DNA from: Phoronis australis
Taxonomy: Eukaryota > Animalia > Phoronida
Direction: 5' to 3'
DNA length: 64,000 nucleotides
NCBI GenBank assembly: GCA_002633005.1
Contig: NMRA01000128.1
Coordinates: 731,482-795,481, forward strand
The position numbers were made by a program, and so were the translations under genes. Positions within the stretch are counted from its first letter, which is position 1. Each line of letters opens with the position of its first letter. Below the pieces are notes generated by a model, which worked only from the letters and a program-made list of their open reading frames with translations, had not been told where the DNA came from and did no database searches. This document shows positions 11,112-22,800 of the stretch, piece by piece.

Positions 11112-13114
11112 CTGCAATGAAACACATAAGGGATCACGATGTACTACTAGTTTTGGCCACACTATAAATTTTGTGGCAAAAATGCATTACTGAACAGCCC
11201 CGATACATGTGACCTAGAACATTAACTCACAAATAAATACTTCCTGTCACTTGTGTTCAGTAATTTATTGAATAGCTACACCCTCCATTAATTTGCAGAA
11301 TGCTTACTGAGTAAGTGTTTACTCTACACTTCCAAACACTGGAGTCCTGTTGGCCCACCTTCTAAATTTTTAGAGGCCATGGAAATCATTAAGATCACAC
11401 TCGGAATAGACTTACAAACCATTGGTACTAGTGCACTGCATGAACCTCGTGCACTACATGAACCTCATGCACTTTCCTGAACCTCAATGATGTAAATCAA
11501 GTGGTACTTTATGGAGAAAAGGATGAATTTTATTCTATTTTTTTTGTCACAATCTGTCAAACATTAATGCGAAAGTGTCGGACGATGTAAAAATGCAACC
11601 TCGAATGAACATACCATTCTTTATTGTCACTAGGTGTTGTTTGGAAATAATCAAACACAACCTACCCTTGTTGATCCATTGTTTAACTTCAGTTCAACGA
11701 CTGCAGTCGGTATGTGATTAGCCTGCTCCACACTTTGTGACTTTAAATCAACTCGCCAATTCACAGACTTGAGTAAGTTGCACCATGTTGTTCTGCCAAT
11801 CAAACTGTTATGGACTTTGGAGCGATTGGACTTCCAAAACTTTTCAAATACTTGCGCCTGCTGGTGAGTTATTGCACCTTCACGTTTCTTCGTTAAAGAT
11901 ACAAGAAAAGCGTCTAGCTGATTGAAGTCCATATCTCCTGAAGCCATTACCTTAAAATATAGTGGAACCAATTCCAGCAATGCACACATTGCTATTTACT
12001 TGAAGCTAAATATACATGGCATTCCTATCGCAGTGTTACTTCCACTACACATTTAAACTGCAACACAATGGTGTCCCAAATATGTTCATGAAAATATCCT
12101 GAAATATGAGTATGATAGTTTTGTGATTTTACTGTCTTACTCAGGCAACCCAGTTCTTGGACAATGACCATCATCTCTACTGGCGGTGCCACTGGAGATG
12201 ATGGAGCTTCTATAGATACTTCATATGCCGGAAGCTTTTAGGCGAATTACGCTTCGCACTGACTAAAACATCAAAGTCGCTTTGTTATAAAAAACTTTTG
12301 CACATAGAGGGACACCTTGTGAGGTCATTGATGAATTTAATTCCTTCCAACACGAACAAATACTCCCATAATCAAACTTTTTTTTGTCCCTCATTCAGGT
12401 CCCAAAATCGGTAACTCACCATTTTTAACATTGTGCCCCGCAGGTGGCGTGATGGATGTATCCCCTAGTGTTTAAAATGGCGAATTACCGATTTTGGTAA
12501 CTGAACGATGGACTGCTCGAAGAAAAGTTTGATAACAGGAGGATTTGTTGGAATTAAATACAGCGACGGCCTCCTAAGGTGTCCCTCTATGTGCAAAAGG
12601 TATTCATAACAACGTGATTTTCATGTTTTATTCAGTGCAAGGCATAATTCGCCGAAAAGCTTCCAGCATATGAAGCGCCTATAAGCTCCACCGTCCTACT
12701 GTACTGGCGGTGGTCACTGTCTACCCCTGATCTGATTATGTTTCCATACCAGGAATGCCACACACTTGTAGCGCGTAGTACTTAGAAAATGCACTAGATT
12801 TCTATTCCACAAAAAAAATTGTAGACCTTCAGCACTAAATGCAACTCGTTATTCAGTGGCTATCTGCTTCTCAAAATCAGTGACCGCTATAATCGTGACG
12901 AGCCGTATAGTAAGCGACTTCATCCTAGATTAAAAACCTTTAGTATGTTCATCACTTTCTTCCATAACCCATCAAATTCTTCTTGTGTTAAGTTGGGATA
13001 CAGTTGTTCCTTAAGCAATTCGCTGGATAAATTTGTATCATCATAGTACTGTAGATGAGTGATTCCTTTTACGAGTGCCTGGAAGCTCTTCTGCTCGTCT
13101 TCCGCCTTCGCCAT
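11007..13114 (-). CDS. COMMD1: COMM domain-containing protein 1 (188 aa, 3 exons)
   Basis: Exons 13114-12938, 11950-11666 and 11111-11007, all phase 0. Motifs include ELLKEQLYP, DMDFNQLDAFL, KFWK, WRVDLKSQS, PTAVVELKL and FEMDENKLNTMLKSLHEIEEQI. The 3-exon layout matches vertebrate COMMD1. Confidence 0.95.
11666..11950 (-). CDS. COMMD1: COMMD1 exon 2
   Basis: Acceptor TTTTAAG, VMASGDMDFNQLDAFL...GSTR, donor GTAGGT. Confidence 0.93.
12190..12701. mobile_element. Foldback element with about 240-bp imperfect TIRs (Mutator-like) in COMMD1 intron 1
   Basis: The arms mirror each other (ttttgcacatagagggacacctt / aaggtgtccctctatgtgcaaaa; ccaaaatcggtaa / ttaccgattttgg). The 11-bp direct repeat tactggcggtg flanks it at 12178-12188 and 12702-12712. 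Confidence 0.85.
12938..13114 (-). CDS. COMMD1: COMMD1 exon 1
   Basis: ATG at 13114, 59 codons ending ...MNILK, donor GTTTTT. Confidence 0.9.
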
Positions 13115-13684
13115 TTTGTCCCGCTGATTGCAGACGACTCGGACTCGTGAAATTTTGGAAATTTTTGACTGAAAAAGAATTTGATCACGAATTTACGAAC
13201 CTCAATTTATGTTTCCATTAAATTGAACAATTATATTGCTTAATAAGTATGGTTTAGTGATTTTTGTTTTAAGTATTACGCCATACAGTAAATACAAAAT
13301 TACAACCTATTGAATCTCGCAGCACGTGATTTGGAGTGTGAATTTACGTGACTTCATTGCGAAGGGATATTCTAGCAACAAAATTTGATCAATTCGGAAT
13401 TTTGACATATCAAGTCCATGCGCAGTGTTCTTGTTTTAAGTTTTTACTTCATTTCATCTTTTGGAGTACGCCTTCAGGAATGACCTAAGTGTAGTATTTT
13501 AGTAAGCCTTGCCATTTGTGAATGAAAATCGGCGTTGAATTGGTCAATTGGGTTGGAAAGCCGACAAGATGGAAGATTGAAACTTCTCCGCGGCGTACAG
13601 TTTATGTTTAGCATCGGATAGCTTCATCTCTTTACGCTACTCTATTTATCTGGTCACATAATCTTTGAACGACGAACAGACAAG
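13115..13684. promoter_or_regulatory. Putative bidirectional promoter and 5' UTRs shared by COMMD1 and PPP2R5
   Basis: The divergent start codons are only 570 bp apart and the region is locally CpG-richer. There is an E-box CACGTG at about 13323 and a YY1-like CGCCATTTT overlapping the COMMD1 start. Confidence 0.7.
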
Positions 13685-13826
13685 ATGTCTACTAACAAGC
13701 CTGATCGGATCGACCCCTTTTCAGTGAAGATGTCCATAAAAGGACGAAAGCCAAAAAAGTCTCAGGGTTCGTCTCATTACAGAAGCCAGGGATCCACAGA
13801 TTTGCAAGCACTTCCTCAGTTAAAAG
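13685..13826 (+). CDS. PPP2R5E: PPP2R5 exon 1 ([13 protein letters not shown]...LPQLK)
   Basis: ATG at 13685, donor AAAAG|gtaaat; phase 1 matches exon 2. Confidence 0.88.
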
Positions 13827-16800
13827 GTAAATTTTAAAATATAAATGACTTTATCTTTGATAAATGAAAAGATTTTCAATGGCGAATGAAACACAGCTCA
13901 CTTTTTACTAGGATTCCCATTGAATTTGGAACCTGAGTCAGTGATAAACAAATCCTGGTGTTCTTGACAACCTGTGTTTACCAGCTACTCTTATAAGTTT
14001 TTGATGAAGTTTATTACTTATTTTCATCAACAACGTACAAGTTCTGTATTAACTTCATGTGTAGCTTATTAAAGATGTTTTAATTTTACACTGGGTCAAT
14101 GAAATCTGTGTTATAGAACTAGTACGAACTCTGAATTGATTCCAAGACAATTTGTAAAAAGTCAGTCATTTACCTTCCTTGCCAGATTTAATTTTGAATG
14201 TTACATGGAATAGGGAAATGAAGTAATATCATTTCAAAACTAAATTGTTTTTTCAGGTTCTACTATGGTTTTAGTTAGTATCCATGGTCCAACTTCAAAC
14301 TTTAAATAGGCAACAGCTGAAAGTAATAGGCTGCCAAATAGCTTGCAGTTCCACCTAGTTATAATACTACCAACTCAAATAGCCTGCAGTTCCACCTAGT
14401 TATAATACTACCAACTCAAATAGCCTGCAGTTCCACCTAGTTATAATACTACCAACTCAAATAGCCTGCAGTTCCACCTAGTTATAATACTACCAACTCA
14501 AATAGCATGCAGTTCCACCTAGTTATAATACTACCAACTCAAATAGTCTTTAGGTCACTTTTGATGGTCCCTTATTTTGAGAACGTATTTCATTCAGTGA
14601 TTAGGTGTGTACTTTTCCATAGGTGTGAACTGTTCACATCTGTGCAATTCTGGGGTATTATTTTTCCATGGCTTTGCCTTTTTGAAGACACACTTGAATT
14701 TTTCCACATTGACATGTGCTCCTTGTGGTTGTTCTTGTCTAGTTTTTGGCATTATTTGTTCTATTGTTTGTGTGTTGTAATAGTCATTGCAGAAATTCAT
14801 TAATGCTCTACATTTATCTGTTGAATCATGTTCATTGATGAAGGCTAACTGGACACATCGTTCAATGGCCACAACTAGTACCATGCAACACATGCATTTA
14901 TATTGGAAATTTGTCAGTATTGATCTGAAGCATCAATGTCTTGGGACTGGGAGCATCCAAGATTTGCTCAAAACTGCAATTACTTGGGGAAATTGCAATT
15001 TCCGTGTTACACTCTTGAGATGGTGGCCTGTAATTAGTGTTATTGGTAAGGTGTGAGGCACAGTGGATTATTTGTTTACAAGTTTTCTGATCCTCCTAAT
15101 CAATGGGGAATCAACAATTGTTCGGACTTCAAAACCACTTGTCTGGACTTCAAAACCAGTCGGCTAGACTGCAAAACCAAATGGCTGGTGATAAAACATT
15201 TTGCCTGGACTTCAAAATGTGATGGCCTCACCCAAAATACTAGTTGACTGTACCCAAAACACGTTGGCCTGTGCTGTAACCAGTTTGCCAGTGATCAAAC
15301 ATGAAGGCCGGACTTGCTCAGACTCGCTTTGAATGTCCCAAAGGATTCAAGTTACATCTAGTGTATGTTTTTTGAACCCGTTTTTTTTTTTTAACCAACG
15401 ATTTATTCGACCATTGTGTTTGAGCACTGGCCAACCCATTCTAGGTCTGACCAACCAGATTTTTTGGTGCGGCCACCTGGTTTTGAGGTAGTGGCCAGCC
15501 GACCAACTTGTTTTTTTTTTTTTTTGAGGTCCGACCACCATGTTAGACCTCCGGCCAATGGGTTTTGCAGTCTCACAGAAAGTGCAATGTCTCACAGAAA
15601 GTGCTATAGTGCACACTTTTCATTGCTCATCAGGAGAAGCACAATCAATTGTTCACTGCTTGAGAGATTAATTAACTAAATTAAGTTCCAAGTGTTTCAT
15701 AAGTTTACACTCTATACACTTTCGTCGTGTGTTGCCACCATTTGGTATCCTGGAATTAGAAGTTCAGATGAAAAGTTGTTGGCTGTTATCAAGGTTCATG
15801 CCAGTAGCAACTTGTCTTGGAATTATTGACTTCCTCTGTTTTAGGATTTGAGGGGAGCGCTTGTGTTCCACCTTAATAACCTCACCATTGGCATCAACGT
15901 ATTGGTGAACAGGATGACCAGATGATATCAGTTGCTCACTCAATTCTGTTTGTTTTTTAAATATGTTGCAATCTTTTAGCCTGGTCTATGAAGGACACTG
16001 TTTCTCCAATATGACAGTCTTCACTAGTCATGATGAATGGGTAATTAAACTACACAAGATTGTTGTTCGAGTAGGTTAAAGCTCTTGGGACGAGTTCGTA
16101 TCTACCATGGAATATTGGTTATGGGCTTGTATTCGGATATAAGACCCCAGAACTTTGTATTTTATAGTTTTCCCTGGGCACATCATTTCGACTATTGGTT
16201 CATGTTAATTGTTTTAAACTTCACAATGTCTTGGTTTGGTTTGGTTTAGGAATGGCTTGAGCCAACTAATATTTCATGTAGGTTTGACAGTCTGTCCTCT
16301 GGTCATGGTTGAATAGCAGAATACACTGAATATAATGATTGCAACTGTATTTTAAGGAAGGTTTGGTCTTATAATTATACATCAGGCCACAGCTTCATGG
16401 TCCAGCTGTTTGCTTGTCGATTTTCTCAAAAACCGCTTTATGGATCACCATCACAGTGAAATTTGGTGCAGAGTAGCAGAATGTACCGGCACCAGTCAAT
16501 GTTCAAATGGATTTGACTATCGTAGCACCACGTTGGCTGTTTCAGTTTTCTACAAGGAGTTCCTTGTCCATCAATTCGTGGCGAAGCGATCTTAACAAAT
16601 TTTCCTAAAACTGGATACAGGTTTATGGTGTGTGAATGTGCCAACAAGATTTTCATTGACTGTTCAACAGATTTTGATTAAACACAAGAGTTTAAGACTG
16701 GGATTTACCACTATAAATAAAGATTTTTAGATGAATTTGACATCCGTACCGTGCCACTCTCTGTAGGGCATGGAAGTTTTTGACAAATTATTGCATTGCT

Positions 16801-19800
16801 ACCATTTGATATAAAGACGGCTTATCAGATTTTTATGGAACTTCCAAGACTCAAAAGATTGGTATGCATGTCCATCAGTTGATTTTCAGGCAAACTTACT
16901 GTAACACTAACTGTTGGGCGCTATAGTTTTTTACAATTTATTTCTTGTCCATTGATTATTGTTGAAACTGTTGTACAGATTTTCATGAAATTTGGCATGA
17001 GGGATTATGGCTGCAGTGTGCCGAAACCAGTTGATTATTGAACAGGTTACACTACCGTTTCATGCCCCCCCTGTTATTGCAACATTGATAAATCATCGAA
17101 AATAGCTGTTTAAAAATTCAGTACACTTGTATACCAGGGTAACTTGCATAAGTTCTGGCATCCACAAACAACACGTAGTTGGCAGTTGCGGAAAATGATA
17201 TGAAAAAACCAGCAAACTCAACCTATCGCCACCGTTTCCTCTGAGATTGGCATCCTAAGATTTTACCAGTTTCCTCAGGGATATTCCTTTGCGTCATTAT
17301 CGCATCAAAAATAAAAGGGCACAAGAACATTGCAGCAGTGTGCCCTGCACTTTTCAAAAACCGACACTCTTCCAAAAATGCAAGATTCTGGTCACAACCA
17401 CTCGGGTAACATATTGGTCATAGGTGAGACCAAGCTAACAGACCGTTTAGGTGTACCAATGTTTGATTTTAAATTACCATTCCTGTTTACAAATGACATC
17501 GCCTCGATTGGCTCCAGGTGCGACCTTGACATTCAATTATCCTCCGACAGAGGACACGACAAAGCGACGTCTGCTTTAGGAACTGTCAGACAGAAGAATG
17601 GCGAATCGACAATCAACTTAAACATTTGGAGATATAAAAACATGCCCAGAGGTGGGCAGTGGTACCTTGATAGGACTCTTACTCGGCAAAACGTTTTGAA
17701 AAAAAGGCACACTTTTTATCATCAGGTGCGCCCGAAGGGCCCAGGTTCAAATCTGGTCAGGTATATCTCTGGCTCCCCATATTGGCCACATATTGTTACT
17801 ATACTAATAAACACCAAACAGCTTGGTGTGCAGTTGTGAGTGCATTTCAGGGCTCTGTGTTGCTTTTGTTTGAAAAAAAATGAACAACTGAAACTTTGCT
17901 GCACCTCCACCTCAGTTTGAAATAAAAATAATTACCGGAAACAGCTATGTTCTTTTGGCCTATTGGTTTCATAGAAGAACGTTTTTAGCATATGTTAGGA
18001 AAAATTCATCATTAAAAAGAAGTTGCACAGAATACTTGACTTGTGTGATGTCCATCTCTTGCCAATGACTTGTGTGATGTCCATCTCTTGCCAATGACTT
18101 GTGTGATGTCTATCTGTCGCCAATGGCTTCGATACTTGACAACTTGGGTCTACTTGAGTTCCATGATCTCATAAAGTTTTCCCTGTTGACACTCAGTCTA
18201 GTCAGCAGTTCACCAGAAAGGGACCAGCTTCACGCCTTGGACAACCATTTAACTACAGTGTTGGTCATCTATGCTGCCTTAGCAACTGGAAACAAATCCA
18301 TGATTCTGCATGGTCTCTACTCGGGACTGGCATACTTTGTTTACTTCTATCAACTGTCATATATTCAATTCAGGTCAGTTTACAAATGTTTTCAACAACT
18401 GTGAATGCATTGTAGTTTGGGTTCTCTTTAGCGTTGTGAGGGCACAGAAGTGCTTCGCTCAAATTCTAATTCTGGTGTACAAGGGACACTCTGAGATCTT
18501 TTGGACCTTTTTGTCATGAATTGTTTGACTGTCCTAGTACATTCCAGTGGCAATTTAATGGCTTGATGGTTGCTACGAATTTATGAAGCGAATTGTCAAA
18601 TATACCACTGCATCAAATTAATTCAAGAATGCAAAACGCTGTCCACCAGCTACCCCTACCACCATCTAGTTACAGGATATTCCATGATGTCCTTGCTATC
18701 TTGGGAAATGGTCTTTACTTAGTTTCTTTTTTATGATTTGAAATTGTTTTTCCTGATGTACTCGGACTCGAGTCTCCTTGTCTAGTAATATAAGAGGTGA
18801 GCTTCATCAGGTTTTGAATGTAGATAGAAAGATCTGTATTTCCTTGAAACTAGGTAAAGGGCTAACCCCAATCCTTAAATTGCAAGTATACTGTATGCTC
18901 TGCAGGCTGCTAATCTGTTGGGGTACTTCAATAGCAAACTTATCATTTCGGCGCTCTCTAGAGTAATGAGAGCACAAAAGCCAATTCCGCTTAATCCCAA
19001 CTCCGTATCGGTAAACAGAACACAATTACTTCATAGTGGTTCATTAATTTAGAAACAGAGGATAACCCTCGATCTCATTGTCAGCCCTTCTAATTGTTTG
19101 ATTCAGATATGTTAATTAATTTGTTTTGACTTTTTGACATCATTTTGTGATTGAAATTCTCCCACTTAGTCGTAGAGACAGAGCTTTGCAGCTTTGGATT
19201 CTTCTTCGCATTGGGAAACATGATGACCTTCATCCATGGATGTTTCGAGAGGTTTGCTTTTTTCCATAGGACATTACTACACCCAACCACGCAGTAGTGA
19301 AAATTATAATGACATGAAAGATGTTAATTAGCTGCATAGTGTAGTTCAATATGGCATGCCTATTTTGAAAATTAGCTTTTCGCTATGAGTACTTGAACAT
19401 GTTGCTAACTACAATTACTTTTTGAATGAAAAACAGTTTGTGTTCACTAACAGCTTAGGCAGGATGTACATTTCCAGAAAATCCTTGATCATATGTCTCT
19501 TGTAATTTATCAAACGCTTTTGCTTGTGTTCAGTCGGGGGTGAAAACAACCTGCTAAAACATTGATACTTTAGTTTCAGCTGTACACCATCATCCTTGGG
19601 TCTATGTACCCATTCTATTCCCAGAGTCTATTCCTAGATGTAATCAGACCAGTATCTGCAGAAGCAGGATTTAACCTCATCTGAAGTGTTTCAGGAATTG
19701 TGACCTTTGACTTCTCACTGCCAGTTGTCTTGCATGTGTTCTGGGCATTTCTAGCACCTCAGATATTTTCTACTACTCCATAAATTTGTTAAAGCAAAAT

Positions 19801-22800
19801 GTTGAATTAAGATTCATTGTCAGGCTTTTTTTGAGGCGGTTCAATGCGGTTTTCAAATTTCAGTATTTGAGGTGGCTATAATGCGTTCCGTTTCACTTCA
19901 AGTTTGTATAAATTTATATTTAGGGATTTGATTATGGCTTTGAACTATCTAAATCAAACACTTCAAACAATGTGTCGAAGGCGTAGAAATAATTCTAGGA
20001 TCAGACTAGAAAATCCTGGTGTGAAATGGCCAATTCTTTTGTTGTCTTTACGGGGGTGCTGAAAAAAGGTGTTGTTATCATTCACAAAGAAATCGTGCAT
20101 CCAGTTAAAAATTAACATAATAGCCCTCATTTACTCGTGTTAGATAAATAAAAAAGCAACAAATTGCATTTATCTACCCAGAGAATTACCCTTGTGTTGC
20201 ACTATGTACTGTCCCATTTACCCTTGTGGTGCACTATGTACTGTCTCATTTACCCATGTGGTGCACTATGTGCTGTCCCATTTAACCTTGTGGTGCACTA
20301 TGTACTATCCCATTTAACCTTGTGGTGTACTATGTACTGTCCCATATACCCATGTGGTGCACTATGTACTGTCCCATTTAACCTTGTGGTGCACTATGTA
20401 CTGTCCCATTTAACCTTGTGGTGCACTATGTATTGTCCCATTTACCCATGTGGTGCACTATGTGCTGTCCCATTTACCCATGTGGTGCACTATGTACTGT
20501 CCCATTTAACCTTGTGTTGCACTATGTACTGTCCCATTTACCCTTGTGGTGCACTATGTACTGTCCCATTTACCCATGTGGTGCACTATGTACTGCCCCA
20601 TTTACCCTTGTGGTGCACTATGTACTGTCCCATTTACCCTTGTGGTGCACTATGTACTGTGCAATTTACCCTTGTGGTGCACTATTTACTGTCCCATTCA
20701 CCGAGGCGTGAGCACCTTGATTTGCTGAGGCTGCTGTAACAACTGTTTGTTAGTTGTCATTGCTACCCTTCTGGTCTCAACGTCACAATCTTAATTTTGT
20801 GTCTAAAAGAAACTTTGACATTTCTAACATCTTCATTCATCATATGCTTGTTATGATCATCATTGTCATCGTCATCTCCATTGCCATGTATCATTCACTA
20901 TTCTTTTCAGTCAGATTCACCAAGTGTTGCTCTTCCAGGCATTTTCATTTATTTTGCTGTCGCAACTGTACTCAGGGTCCACTCCTTGTGTAAACTGGAA
21001 AAAAACTGTATGGCAACTACCGTAAACGTTCGGGTTAACGCCCACGCTCAGTTAACCGCCCACCCCCTACTTTAGGTGGATTTTCGATTTAACCGCCCAC
21101 TGCTCGGTTAAGTGCCCCCCTGCGATTTTTGAAAATTTCCAGTTAAGCGCCCACCTCTCGGTTAAGCGCCCATCCCCGACTTTTAAAGAATGAAGATTTA
21201 GCGCCCAGTGCTAAGGAAACGCGCGATTACCCGACTTTAAGAAAAAGATCGATGATCACAATGAGCGCAACGACGCCGGGCCTCCGAGACAGTGGTTTAG
21301 CAATGTGAATTGCAATTATACAATTAACGAGTTATTGCCTTGAGTCATTGACTCACTTCAAAATATAATACTTGAACGTTTTTGTCACTTTATTTTCTTC
21401 ACATGTTTGCAAAGTTTAAGAATGCCGCCGGCGTCAAAACCTCCGCTTTCAGCAACTTTGTCTGCCGCGCTGAGTTTTCGTCTGCAGTGCACTTGATTAA
21501 ACATATATTCGAAAAAATCAGGCCAGAGAAATGAGACAATGGTTAAAAGTATATAGTCACGCCCGTTTCTGTTATTTAGGACTGTCGCTATTCTCTTTTG
21601 ATGAGTGACTTTGTAGTGGTGCACGCGCGCAAGTTCCCACACTTTGGAGTGCATGTTACCTTGACACCAACATGTGATTGACAGGTGACTCGCACGTAGG
21701 CCTTACGCGCGTGCTGAATCCCACCCCTATCTTTGGCCATAAAAAACAAGATGCATATTGAAAGAGGCCGTTATATTGCTTGACGGCATTTCCAAGTCAC
21801 GATTGTCAACCGACTGAGACATTGCGCGCTAACAACGGGACCGAACAGTGCCGCAGTGCGATATTGTAAGTGATATAAATAGGATAATCTGGACATCTTG
21901 CATGAAAAATAAATGTTTTTCCACCACGAAGTTTGGTAAGGTGATCGTTTATGAATTGAAACATCGCTGTTTTATAGCGTTTTATCACATATTTATGTCG
22001 TGGCTCGAAATTTTATTCTTGAATGACGAGTGGCACACGGCCGCTTAATACCGATTCTTGTCTTGGGCCTACTTTTTTGCCGAGCTTGTTTGGCGCAACG
22101 GCAAGTGAGCAATGCTGGGCAGTCGAGATAAAACAGTAAGCCACAGAACCATACGCTGAAAATGTCATGGAGTCACGGAGTGTTGACTATAAACATCCCA
22201 AACACAAAAAAAATCTGAATTAAGGTTTTCAAACTTTTATTACAACCAATTTTAAAACTGCTCTCTGACTATGAACTTGGCAGCTAGTACGAGACTGTAG
22301 CCATAAATCTGATGTCTGCAATGACCTCTCGCTGGTTCCCTGCGTGCCGCTAGGTAGGGCGGTAGCCGCGCCAGCACGCAGGTATCACTTAATTTTCCTC
22401 GGTAAATTTTTTTACACCGGCGTTTCTGATTGGCTAGTCGAATTCTCAACAGGCAGCGCTTTACGCAAATAACTGGCATGACTGATGGACTGAAGTGTAA
22501 ATGTGGTCTGTTGTTCAGACAAATCGGTGCTTAAAATTTATGTTCAGGAAATGTGAAGCCTAGAAATTGTGATTGCGCCTTTACGGAATGCATCTTTCTA
22601 CTGTCGATGACTTTTGTTTACGATAGTGTCCTGTATTCCTACAGTATGAATAACACACCGGTTAAATCGGCCAGATATGTGTTTATTGTACCAGTGTTCT
22701 CCACGGCCTGTTTTAACTCGACGCTGTAACGAGTTTGGATTTTGCTGCGTCGAGTTTGGGTCGAGTTTAGAAAGTGCTGCGTCAGGTTTGAACTTTTGTC

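Noticed and set aside
17330-17839. 169-aa ORF in PPP2R5 intron 1
   Set aside because: Non-ATG start, no recognisable domain and no supporting splice structure; probably chance or a repeat relic.
20186-20698. CRISPR-like 32-bp repeat array and Cys/His-rich ORFs of 191, 97 and 60 aa
   Set aside because: The repeats are head-to-tail with no unique spacers and no cas genes, in a eukaryotic intron. The ORFs are translations of the minisatellite.
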